DNA of 61,727 nucleotides, filler included, from Bonamia ostreae (Eukaryota): NCBI GenBank assembly GCA_040357525.1. It is 14 parts of 14 records of this genome, joined end to end, with 100 filler letters (N's around TTAATTAATTAA, not from the genome) between each part and the next. Parts side by side here need not be neighbours in the genome. Positions count along the whole stretch, not along the records: positions 31,066 to 35,371 come from JBDODL010000329.1; positions 35,472 to 39,774 come from JBDODL010000330.1; positions 39,875 to 44,174 come from JBDODL010000331.1; positions 44,275 to 48,567 come from JBDODL010000332.1; 10 more parts are not named here. One strand, 5' to 3'. Shown piece by piece: positions 35,033 to 46,473 of this stretch (position 1 is its first letter; each line of letters starts with the position of its first letter). The notes under the pieces were generated by a model. It saw only the letters and a program-made list of their open reading frames with translations, ran no database searches and was not told where the DNA came from. The position numbers and the translations under genes were made by a program.

Positions 35033-35811
35033 GTTTTTACAATTGTTTATTGTCTATCGAGTCTTCAATGTTTCACGGACAGTGCGCAACTTTTAATTTT
35101 AGATAAACATGTCAGATTTAAGTTCAATCGTAGTAATTCTGTCACTGTCAACATCTCCCTTCAGCTTTAATTATATTGAGCTGTTTGTCTCTGAATGTCT
35201 GAGCTATCGGTGCCAACCGAAGCAAAGGCCAATTTGCGTTAAATTGAATGTCTGAAACAACATGTTTTCAAAAAATTGCTGAGACGACATATTTTCAAAT
35301 GAGACATTTGAAAAAAATGAGACGACAGCAAAATAGCTCCGCAAAATAAAAAAAGTGATTTAAGTCGCAAANNNNNNNNNNNNNNNNNNNNNNNNNNNNN
35401 NNNNNNNNNNNNNNNTTAATTAATTAANNNNNNNNNNNNNNNNNNNNNNNNNNNNNNNNNNNNNNNNNNNNGGAGCAGACACCCCAAAGATGCGCCACTT
35501 CCCTCACTTGTATTCGGCCCAAGTGAGTGAACAAAGTTTGAAACCAGTTATTTCCGACTAAAGTTGAATAGAATAAAAACTAAACCCAAAAACACATTTA
35601 GCACACGCGATTATGTCCCTTCCAGACATAATGCAAGGCAGAGCTTGACATTGAATAGGAAAAGGTTCTTGATAATCATATTTTTTGAGCACGTCATAAA
35701 CTTTTTCAGGCAACCCTTTTATGTCACAATAAAAAATAATTTAAATTGATTTTCAAATTTATCAAATTTGACCGAATAAAAATGGAGTTAATTAATATTT
35801 TTGTAAAAAAC

Positions 35812-36808
35812 CGCATTGAGACCATTTGAAAATGGGTCTCGGACAACGGCGACCCCTTATTTTGACACCCTCCAAATTATCCTTTCGATATTCGTCAATT
35901 TGCTTGTCAGTCATTGCGGTGATTTCCGGCGCTTCGAGATAGAAATTTTTCCTGAATTTGTTATAATCCATCGCGGAATGGTTCACAGGTTTTATCTCTT
36001 TTTTCTTTTGTCTCATTTTGTCGAGCCAGGACACTTCTTCTTTTATCACCAAATCTTCTGGTTCATATCGAGTTTCGTTGCCCAATATTTCCGATTTTTC
36101 GATTTTTAACTTTTTTGAAATTTTGATATTTTTTGATTTTTTTAGGATTTTGTGAATTTTCTGTTTTTCGCGATTTTTTGACAAAATTGCAATTAATTGA
36201 GAACAAATTTTTGATAATTTTTAAATTTGCAAATTGAATTGAAAAACGATATTTTTCCTGTTTGGTCTAATTTTGTCGACAACTTTTTTGAGGTTTTCCG
36301 ATAACTGCGTTTTCGCTTTCCTTTTACGATTTTTGTTTTTTTCGTCGATACTCTTCATGAATTTTTCCAATATGTCTTCTTCTTCACTTTTGTCACTAAT
36401 TTTGGATTTCTTCTTTTCGAGCATCAGTTCTTCTTTCATTTTCAACTCGATTTCGATTTTTCTTCTTTTCTGTTCGTGCGCCAGTCGTTCTTTTCTCGCT
36501 TGTTCCTTTATCTTTTTTTCGCGCTCTTTTCTTTCGGCGATCTGCTTTTTGCGCAACAATTCGCGTTGTATTTTGGCCTTTTTTCGTTCTTCGCGTTCTT
36601 TGGCTTTCGCTCTTATTTTTTCGAGTTTTTGTTTTTGTGTTTTCCGCCATTTCTCGATTTTTTCTAGTCTGTCTTTGTGGAGCATCTTTGTTTTTTGAAA
36701 TTTCGATTTGTCGTCTATTTCTTTTTTGTCGTTTTCGGAGTTTGCCGGTCTTTATATGGAGAAAATAAACTTTCTGTCATTTTTAGTTGTTTTTGAGCTG
36801 TCGCTCAT
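35812..36808 (-). CDS. DDX46: DEAD-box helicase PRP5/DDX46 (5' part)
   Basis: RLEKIEKWRK, EDILEKFM, VNH..MDY.KFRKNFY.E..EI, IRGRRCPRPI.KWSQCG. Confidence 0.9.
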
Positions 36809-36847
36809 TTTTCTTTATTTTAAATTTTTAGTCTTGAAATTAGAATT

Positions 36848-37730
36848 ATGGAATTTATTAAACAGGGCGCCGAATCGGTTTGTCATTTTAAATAAAGAAA
36901 GTTTATCTTAAAAAACAGGGCGGAGAGAAAGTTTTGGTTAAGGAGCGATTGGTTAAAGAATATCGACATTTCGATCTGGACCGAGTTTTAACGAAAAGAA
37001 GAATTAAATCGGTGCACTAAAAAAATCTAATTTTCAGTTAAAATGAAAAAAATAATTTGCTTAAAAACTCAAATCTTCAGATTTTTACCAAAACTAAATT
37101 TTGCTTAAAATTTTGCTTAAAATTTTGCTCATCTGAAAAGACATATTTTGCTAAAACAAATTAACAAAATAGGAAGTTAAAGCACTAGAAAAAGCTCGAT
37201 CATTTAATATTTTAGTTCCAAAAGTGATTTCACGGAACTTGAAAGAAAGAACGATCACAATGGAATTCATTGAGGGACCTACTTTAAAAGATTATTTGAG
37301 GAATTTGGATAAGAACTCGTCGGATTTTGACGACAATATAAAGTTAATAGCTTCGAAAATGGCTCAAATTGTTAAGACATTACACGAAGGCGGCGTTATT
37401 CACGGTTTTTAAGTAAACTGATTTTAAATATTCTTTGAAATTATGAAATTTTGTTTTTCAGGCGATTTGACGACATCAAATTTCATCGTAAAAAATGGAG
37501 ACATTAATAATATTGCAATTATTGATTTTGGGCTTTCTTTAATCTCGAAAAAGGCTGAAGATAAAGCTGTCGACCTCTATGTTCTCGAAAGATGCTTCAT
37601 TTCCTCTCACACAAATCTAACAAATTTAGTCACGCAAATTATAAAGCTCTACGGACTCTCTAATGATGACGTAATAAATAAATTAAAAGAAGTCCGATTG
37701 AGAGGGCGCAAAAAAATGGCTATTGGATAA
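36848..37730 (+). CDS. BUD32: KEOPS kinase BUD32/PRPK, 4 exons
   Basis: KQGAE, KER..K.YRH..LD, IHGDLTTSN, IDFGLS, EDKAVDLYVLER, VRLRGRK. Confidence 0.95.
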
Positions 37731-37825
37731 TAAAATTTAGTAAATTTATTGGATATTATTATTGATAAAATGATTAGAAAATTTTTGAAGATTATAAAAT
37801 TTTATGGGCAGAAAAGCCAACAACT

Positions 37826-38141
37826 TTATTTTAGCCATTTCTTCGTTTTTGTATATGCTTCATTAGCGTCTTCTTTCAGGGAAATGTAGCTTAATTAAAA
37901 ATGTTTGATGTCATATTCAATAAAACTATTCTTTTGATCTAACAAATTTATCTCTTGAATACGTTTTGATGTTCTAAATTGGTGTACAATAAAAACGTCA
38001 ACTTTTTCTTCAATGGAATCCTTCATTTTGTCAACTGACTCTCTCATTCCATCAAATATGCTCATGTTCTGTTGAGATAAAATTTTAAACGTAAAGTGGC
38101 ATTAAAGAGAAAATGATAATGACGGATAGAAGACTCTTCAT
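37826..38141 (-). CDS. Small secreted helical protein (77 aa), 4 exons
   Basis: Three GTTT..AG introns (22, 23, 37 nt) give MKSLLSVIIIFSLMPLYNMSIFDGMRESVDKMKDSIEEKVDNIKTYSRDKFVRSKEYYISLKEDANEAYTKTKKWLK; absent from ORF track. Confidence 0.7.
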
Positions 38142-38508
38142 TTTTGATCGTTTTTAAAATAATTATAATATTTCTTGATGAAATTAAACAATGTGTTTTT
38201 GTTTTTTGTGGGGATTCAGGTCCCTCGACCTTTCACCTTTTTTCATTTTAAAGACGAGAAACTTATTTTTATAACTTTGACGGAATAATGTCAAGAAATT
38301 TTGCAGCAAAGGATTGTTTATAAAATTTTGCATTCAAAAAATTTTATTTTGCTTGTTTTATAACTTGTCCATCAATTTTTTGATTATATCGTTTAATTTT
38401 AAAAATTTTTATTTCCATTTTCAGCAAAAAGTTTTAACACGAAAAATAAAAATTCTGGCATAAAATCGTAATATAAAAAGTTATGAACCAGAACAAACCA
38501 GACCAAAA

Positions 38509-39644
38509 ATGAACAACGAACAAAAACTAATCAATTTCTGCTTCCCTTCTTTTAAACTGATTTCTGGTTCGCCAAACTTCGATTCTTTGTTTACTTCAAT
38601 GACATGGCAATTCAGCTCTCGGAAAGGGTGGATTAATATGGACGCCGTCGCCAGTTATCGCTTAGAACGCGCTTTGTTCGAAAACGAAAAATTCGTTTAC
38701 ATCGATATCGGCCATCACCGCTTTTCCATCGATTTGGCCAACAGCACTCAAACCAATCTGAACACTGGAAACACTCGGTTAATCAGACGAACGAGATTCT
38801 TCAGCAATTTTTGTGGGGTCTACGACAAATCCGAGCGCAAAAGCGAGAAAAGAGTCGAGAAAATTTGGGTGTCTTTGTCGAAAATCGAGATTTCTAATTT
38901 GGACCAAGACGAAAAATGTTCGTTGTGTTTGGACACTTTTGCGTTGGACAAAAGAGAAATCGGTCGATTGAACAGGTGCAAAGGGCATTTCTTCCATAAG
39001 GAATGCGGTTCGGAGATGAGCATTGTGAAGTACATTGACCGATTTAAGAAGTGCCCGGTTTGCAAGGAATTCTATTTTCCGCCCGAGGGCAGACGGCCGT
39101 TCGGAAGAATGTTCATAAAGCGGGTTCCGATAGCTCTCAATGGCTTTAATTCTGGTTTTTTCATATTTTGATTTTTCGAAATTTATTTTTTTACAAAAAT
39201 TTTGATTTTCGTTTTTTGTTTATTCGATAAACGATAAAAAATCGATTTTTGTTATTTTCAGTATTGCAAATCAGATTTACAATTGCAAAATTTTAAAATT
39301 GTAAAAAATCGCTAGACGAAAGTTGGACGATAAAATTTTACTTTCCGCCTGGAAAGCAATCAAGTCTCCACTCAAATCCAGGAGCGCCTTATAAAGGCGA
39401 AACCAGATATGCTTATCTCCCCGATACACAAAAAGGACAAGCCATTTTAATCCGTTTTATCAAAGCTTGGCGGAAAAAGCTTTTATTTAATGTTGGATTT
39501 TCGATTAGTCGCCAAAAAGAGAATGTTATTATTTATGATGGAGTGCACATGAAGACATCGATTGTCGGAGGATTGTACGGATATCCGGACGAGGGATATT
39601 TGGATAGAGTTTCAGTGGAATTGGACAATATTGGGATTAAATGA
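38509..39644 (+). CDS. Deltex-family E3 ligase (WWE, RING, DTC)
   Basis: WWE (WQF..GW..LE..IDL..QTN..TG..R.IRR); RING CSLC..C.GH.FH.EC..CPVC; DTC exon HSNPGAPY.G..RYAYLPD..G...VHMKTS...GYPDEGYL. Confidence 0.88.
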
Positions 39645-39873
39645 TTATTTTAGACCAATTTTTTATCAAAATTTATTTTTAAATTTTTTTAAACTGAAAA
39701 TTTTTGTTTTAAAAACTGTTTTTATTTTTGAAATTTTTTTTGTTAAAAAACTGTTTTTTGACAAATTTTTGTTTNNNNNNNNNNNNNNNNNNNNNNNNNN
39801 NNNNNNNNNNNNNNNNNNTTAATTAATTAANNNNNNNNNNNNNNNNNNNNNNNNNNNNNNNNNNNNNNNNNNN

Positions 39874-42377
39874 NGTTGTTGTTACTGTCGATTATTGTTA
39901 CAAATATTCTAAAACAAAAAACTAAAAGTTCAGTCAATTTTGTCGAAAAGTACAAAAATCCCATATATTCTCCTTCTTTTGATTCTGGCACAATGTTGGC
40001 AAAAATAGAATACTTTAAAGAGTAAATGATTCCGATCGTGACTCCAAAATAGATACACAACAGAATCGTGGAAAAGATCGAAGTGCCGCTCAAAAATAGC
40101 AGAAAAAACGGATTAACCACCCTTTTGTGAATTAAATTGTTACCAAACGCTGAAAAAGACTAAAGCTGTGTTCCAGCGACCATACTTGGATTCTAGGATG
40201 TAGCAAAGGTATGCCCCGGCAACAATGGACGTTGAGATAAGGAGAAAAGTTAAAGCCAATTTCGAGGAACTAAAAGCATATTTGTCTTCCAGATATATTA
40301 GAACTAACGTGTTGAAGGCGCTGAAACCGCTTCCCCACAAAATATTTGCGATTATGTTGCTTTTGTGTTAAAATGTTTAAATTTGACGAACAAACAAACA
40401 AAGAAAAACGTTTTATTTTGGACTAAAAATTCATCAAATTGACGAACAAACAAAAACATTTAATTTTTAAACTAAAAAGGTGATATTTTTGTAATTTTAT
40501 TAAAAACTCGAAAAAATCTTGATTTTCAATAAAATTGAGAACAGTTTTTCGTAACAAAGCGAATCCAAACATAAAAATTCCTTTATTTCTAATCTCAACG
40601 TCAGAAATTTCTTTTTCTTTTCTTTAATTTTTTTAAAAAACTTTCCGAGCAGTAAAACACAAACAAAAGTTATAACAGTAAACCAGACTGCGCATAAAAA
40701 CAGTATCCAAATGTGCACTTTGTTTATAGAAAGTATGGTTTCTATATTACTGACTTTCATTATTGATGAAACGTCGTCAACGCTTTTCATTGCTTTTGCA
40801 GCAAAATTTTTTTAATTAATATGATTTTAATTTTTTGTCACTTTTATAAACCAATAAAAACAACGAACAATTTTTAAGAAATTAAAAATTGGCCTAATTT
40901 TTATTAATTAAATATCAAAAAATACTTATTCTAAATTCTAGCAGACGCGTTGCTTCTAAAACGTCAAATTTGGTGCTAATAAACTGATCTTTTGAAGTAA
41001 CTTGGAAAACAAGGCTCGTTTTTTCGAGTAAATTTTTATTGTTTTTGTCTTTTTGAAGAATTGACAATGTCGTTTTTACAAATTGTCTTAATTTCTGTAG
41101 TTTGAAGTACTTAAAAACTTTTGTAGATGATTTTAATGTTAATCGAAAATCGCCATTAAAAGGATAATAGATTTTCTTTTGTTGAAATAGCGTTATTTCT
41201 TTATTTTTTGGAACAAATATTTCCAAATCCGCTTTTGCTCTTTGTTTTAAAGCTTAGACGATATATTGAGTTTTTTCAAGATTTTTTAAATATCGATCTA
41301 TAAAAGTTGTCGAACAATTGAAACAATAATTTTGCAACAACTTTAAAAATGAAGTTCGGCGCAAAACAAAAAATTTATGCTGTGAACAAATATTTAAAAA
41401 TCAAATTTGCCGCCATTTTAAAAACAACAATTGCAAAACTTTAATATTAACATTTACCGTAAATTAAATTTGGCGCGATAATCAAAAATAGCTAATCTAA
41501 GACCGATTTAAATATTTTAATGGCCATCTCAACTTATGGCTAAAACTAAACTGCTTGACATTGTTTTCGCCGCGCCAACATTTGGCCGAAGAAAACTTTA
41601 AAACGTCCAAAAAATCGTATCTGCGTTCGCATTTCTGAATCGACCCGCCAGATTCTATTTGCCAAGACTGAAACGAATCGGGAACTTCAAAGTTGCCGTT
41701 CGTTATCAAATTTCTCGGCTTTTCGCCAATTAAAAATATTGGCATTGCGATCAGAATGCAGATTATGCTCACTTTAGTTCAGATTACTAAAACAGTTTTC
41801 ACTAATCACCGAAAACGACGACAGAAAACTTCTTTCTTCTTTGTTATTCGATATCTCCGAAAGATAAGCTTTGATCAATTTTAGTCGAACATGTGATGAG
41901 AGCGTAGCAGCATTCGAATGCAGTGAAGGCGACGACCAGAATGAATGCTGCCAACAGCCACGACTGATATGTAACAAGAAAAAATGGAAGCGACATGAAC
42001 GAGACGAAAATTCCCAAAAAATCTAAAATATTCTCAGTAAAATTCAGCCAAATTTGCCATAAAAATTTTAAAACAAAATATAAATTTGCGGCGGTAATCG
42101 CCGTAATCAGAAATTCCGCCTATCGCCGGCGACAACAAAATGACGGAAAGACAAGTTAAGCCATTAGTTATCACTAGGGCAGATGCTGGTGCCATCGGAA
42201 AAAACAAAAAATGGACATTTCCGTTTATGTTGCTGTTGTATTTCATTAAATCCAAAACGAGCTTAAACGTTTTAATAGTAAAACTGGCAGAAAAACGATG
42301 AGATAAGCTGAGAGGAACGGTCCGCGTCCGAAGAAAAAAAGAATGTAGCTAAAGTTTTTGATTTTCTCAGAGGACAT
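39874..42377 (-). CDS. MFS transporter, Atg22/UMF1-like, with inserted soluble domain
   Basis: LSPAIGGISDYGDYRRKF, AYLSEI, IVPESKEGEYMG, many hydrophobic exons; 3' end at contig end. Confidence 0.75.
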
Positions 42378-42603
42378 TGGCTAATTTTCCGCTTAAAAGG
42401 ATTCAATTGCTTTACCGAATAAACCGATTCGAGTTTTAAATAATAAAAATGTTTTAACTGAATAAAAAAATGTTTTGTACATATATTGAATAAAAATAGA
42501 TTTCGTCAAAACGATCAATAAAAGCGCTTAAAAATGTACATTGCTATAAAGCTAAAAATACAAAATATATTTAAATAGCTTAATCACTGGCTAATATCAA
42601 AAA

Positions 42604-44120
42604 ATGACTTCAAAATTTGAAAATGTTTTGTTATCGACAATAAACGATAACCTCGAAACAAGAAAAAGTAGCAAAAAAGAGCTTTTGGACTTTATCAAAA
42701 GCGATTCATCAATAAATGTAATATCGACCAAATTTAGATAAACAAATTAGTCTTTGGATTCTATAATTCCTTTCTTTCCACAACTGAAAACACAAAACGG
42801 AAATCAATAGCTCTAAACACAATTTTGAGCTTATTGTGGATATTCGACGAGGAAAGTTTGATCGCTAAACTTTAAATAGCAATTTTAAAGATTTTAGACA
42901 AAATTGCAGAGCAAATTAAAAATAACGACAATCCGATTGCAGCAATCGGTTGCTACAAAGGAATTGTTGACTGTGTAGACAATTTTGACCATTTTTCAGA
43001 ATTTGCTCCGATTTTGGCTAAATCTTTGGCCAATTTTTTAATTTTGCTAATGCCGGACGTTTTTATTTTTAAAAGAAAAAAAAATTCAATTTGCTAAAAA
43101 GTCTAAAAAGACAAATTATTTTTTGCCGAATTTCAATAAATAGACGACAGAAATCGATTTGAAGAACGCTGAAGAGCTTAAAGCTTTTTGCTTTTCGCTC
43201 AAAAGCGTTTTGGCGATCACAGAAAAATCACCGATCGAAGAAAAAGAACAATTTTTGAAATCGATCGTCAATTCTTTTTTCGTGTTTTTGGGTCATTGCA
43301 CTAATCGAAAAGTTGAACAAAAGCTAAATTTTAGATTTTGGTAGTTTTGTCGGACTTTTTAGCATTTTTGTTTTCTCTGCCAAATTTGACCGAACAAAAT
43401 TTACAAAACTTTGCAGAAGAAGTCCTTGAATCGTTTGAGTTTCTATTTTAGTTATTTTGAAAATTTTTTATAAAATTTTGCGCAAAATATCAAATTTTGT
43501 TTTTGTAAGTAAACCGATAACGATTCCACACGCTTTAAAAATATCAAATTCGATTTTGTCACAAAATCCCAAAAACGCAAATTTTAGCCAAAATACAAAA
43601 TTTGCGATCGAAGAATTGATTAAAAAAGTCGCTCTCGTTTACAAAAGCGATTTAAGCAACAAAAATTTTGTGATTCAAAAATTAGCCAAAAACAATTTGG
43701 TCGAAGCTTTGCGATCTTTTGGAGTCGAATTGTTTTTCTAATTTTGCAAATTTAAAATGGCAAAATTTTCAAAAAGAAAAAACCAAATTTGCTAAATTTT
43801 AGGTTTTTGAAAGCACTTCCGGTTCAAACAGAAGAAAGAAAATGGATTTTGAAAATGCTAAAATCGACAAAATTTAGCCATGGATTGCAATTTTTCTTCG
43901 ATGATTTGTATTCGCTGTTATTGTCAGAAAACAACAAAATCATCAAACTCGATTTTACAACAAATTTTGAAAGGTTTGGCCAAAGTTTGGCGAAGAACAA
44001 TTTGATTTTTGCTGTTTTCGAATGTTTGCCCAATTTTTGTGAAAATCCTAACGACATTTGCCGTTTTGAAGATTTTATGAAGATATTGAAAAATCTTTAT
44101 GAATTTTATGTTAATGGTCT
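42604..44120 (+). CDS. RRP12: RRP12-like (NUC173) ribosome biogenesis protein, 5' part
   Basis: LKALP...RKWILKML...LQFF...VFECLPNFCENPND. Confidence 0.72.
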
Positions 44121-44275
44121 TTTCTTAATTTTTATATTTTATCGATGTTTCGAAAATTTGAATCAAAATTTTTANNNNNNNNNNNNNNNNNNNNNNNNNN
44201 NNNNNNNNNNNNNNNNNNTTAATTAATTAANNNNNNNNNNNNNNNNNNNNNNNNNNNNNNNNNNNNNNNNNNNNA

Positions 44276-44955
44276 TTAGAATGCGCAGTCGATGGGAAAG
44301 TGCTTGGAATCAAAGACCAATTCCAAACAAAAGAAGATAAAATATATTGTCGAGAACATTTTATCGAAAAATTCGGAGACAAATGCTATCGCTGTCAAAA
44401 AATAATCGATAAAGAGTATTTTAAAATCGGCGACAAAAAGTTTCACCAAAAATGCTTCGTCTGCGACAAATGCGGCGTTTCTCTCCAAAATGACAAATTT
44501 GCTCTTGTCGGTGAACAATTCTTGTGTTCCAAAGATTCGATGTTTCAAAAAACAATTTTTTACGTCAAATAAAATTCAAAACTTTAATTTTAAGGCAAAA
44601 CAAATCTTCAAAGAACGAAGAAAAAACAGACAAAAACGAAGAACAATCTGAAAAAATGAACGAAGAAAAATCTGAAAAAATGAACGAATATTTGAAAATT
44701 GAAAAGTGCTCAAAAAAGGAAATAAAATCGATTGAAGAAATTGAAAAAGAAATTGAAAAGGCGGACAGAATATACTCGTATGAAAAATTGAGCAAAACAG
44801 CCGACGAAGTGCCTCCTTTTATTGATTACAGCAAGAGAGAGTCTTATTTATCCGATGAAGAATTTGAACAAATTTTTAAAATGCAAAAAGCGGAATTTTA
44901 TAAATTGACTCTTTGGAAACAAAAGATATTGAAGAAAAATGTTAGACTGTTTTAG
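44276..44955 (+). CDS. LIM domains plus villin headpiece (abLIM-like), 3' part
   Basis: C.RC...FHQKCFVCDKC LIM pattern; RESYLSDEEFEQIFKM...FYKL..WKQ..LKK...LF headpiece. Confidence 0.88.
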
Positions 44956-45029
44956 TAAAAAACTTGTCTAAATTTTTGTTTTTCGAGTAAACAGACGATT
45001 TTTATATAATAAAGTTTGGACAAAACATT

Positions 45030-46214
45030 TTTAAAAATATCAACTTTTTTCGTGATTTCGAGGTAAATTAGAGGCTGTTTTAGAAGGACTTGGGAAAGAC
45101 AAAATCTTTGAATAAAATTTAATAAAACTTGGAATCCATCTATTACGTCAATTTTCGCCAATTTTGGGAATTTTGCGGCTTGAACACTTTTTCTCGACTT
45201 TGTTTTCTCAATTTCGTCGGTTTTCTTTTTTTCGCATTCTGGACATATCCAAACTACTCCTTTCTTCTAAACATATTTATTTATCGGAGTTTTATTTTTA
45301 GACGTTTTGAATATAAAATTTTTTAAAAAAGCTTCAAAAATGGATGATAAAAAATATTTTAGCTTCAAAAATATTGGTTTTGTATTGTCAAGTCACAAAT
45401 TAAAGTTCATTAAACAGATTACAAATTTTTCTACAAAATATGTTTTGTCAACTGTAAAGAATGGACTCTATTACAAACTTCCACATTCCTGTCCAGGAAT
45501 GCGAAGTTTTAGTGCATTTATAATAACATTGAATGACATAATAATATTGAATTTGTATTAACAGAATGACATAAAATAATAAATCCGTAAAGCTCCAAAA
45601 ATGTTTCTAAAACCTTTTGTTTAAACTTGGAGCACTTTTTATGATACATTACTGGACAAGTCTTGCACGACAAAAGGTTTTCGCCCACTTTTTTGCAAAG
45701 AGAACAGATTTCCTCGTCATAATCTTCTTCTGACGAAGAAGCCTCATTTGAGTCATCTCCGATTTCGCTCTGATTGTCATTTCTATATTCGTCATAAATT
45801 TGTTCGGCGCTTTCATCTTCTGAATCTTCATTCGAATAAGTTGAGTAACTTTCATAATCGCTCGAATTTTCGTCGTTTTCTGAACTTTTTTGTTCGTTTT
45901 TGTCGTTTTTCTGAACTTTTTTGTTCGTTTTTGCCGTTTTTTGGTTTTTTTGGTTCACTTTTTGATTTTTTGGTTCATTTTTGTCGTTGAAGTTCAAATC
46001 GACATAATTAACATTATTTTCGTCGTCAGAATTGTTTTCGTCTAATGGAGCGTCTTCATCGTCAGTTAAAACGATAAGTTCGGTCAAAACAAATTTGTTC
46101 TTTGAAGAACCCGGACTTAAGGATATTGGCACTTTTGCTATCTCAGTCTTAAATTCAGTAACAGTCGATTCGCCTAAGAATTCTATAGAATCGTTGCTGT
46201 CATCATCTGTCATT
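45030..46214 (-). CDS. Acidic protein with PHD-like finger
   Basis: EICSLCKKVGENLLSCKTCPVMYHKKC; 3' exons uncertain. Confidence 0.65.
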
Positions 46215-46473
46215 GAATAGTTGCGTATAAAATTTAGCCAAATTTTCAATTTGTTTTTAGATTTTTGCAAAGTGTTTATATGCGATCATATTAACCTCTT
46301 TTCAATATTTCGGAAAATGTCTTTACAATTAAATGATTTTCACAGAAATGCAATAACTTAAATAATTTTACAAATGTTTTTCTGGTTTTTGTAGAAACAC
46401 ATATAATTTACGGAAAAAGTAATTTTATGTCTTTATTGTATAACAAATTTTTAGACACGAAATTTTAGAAATA

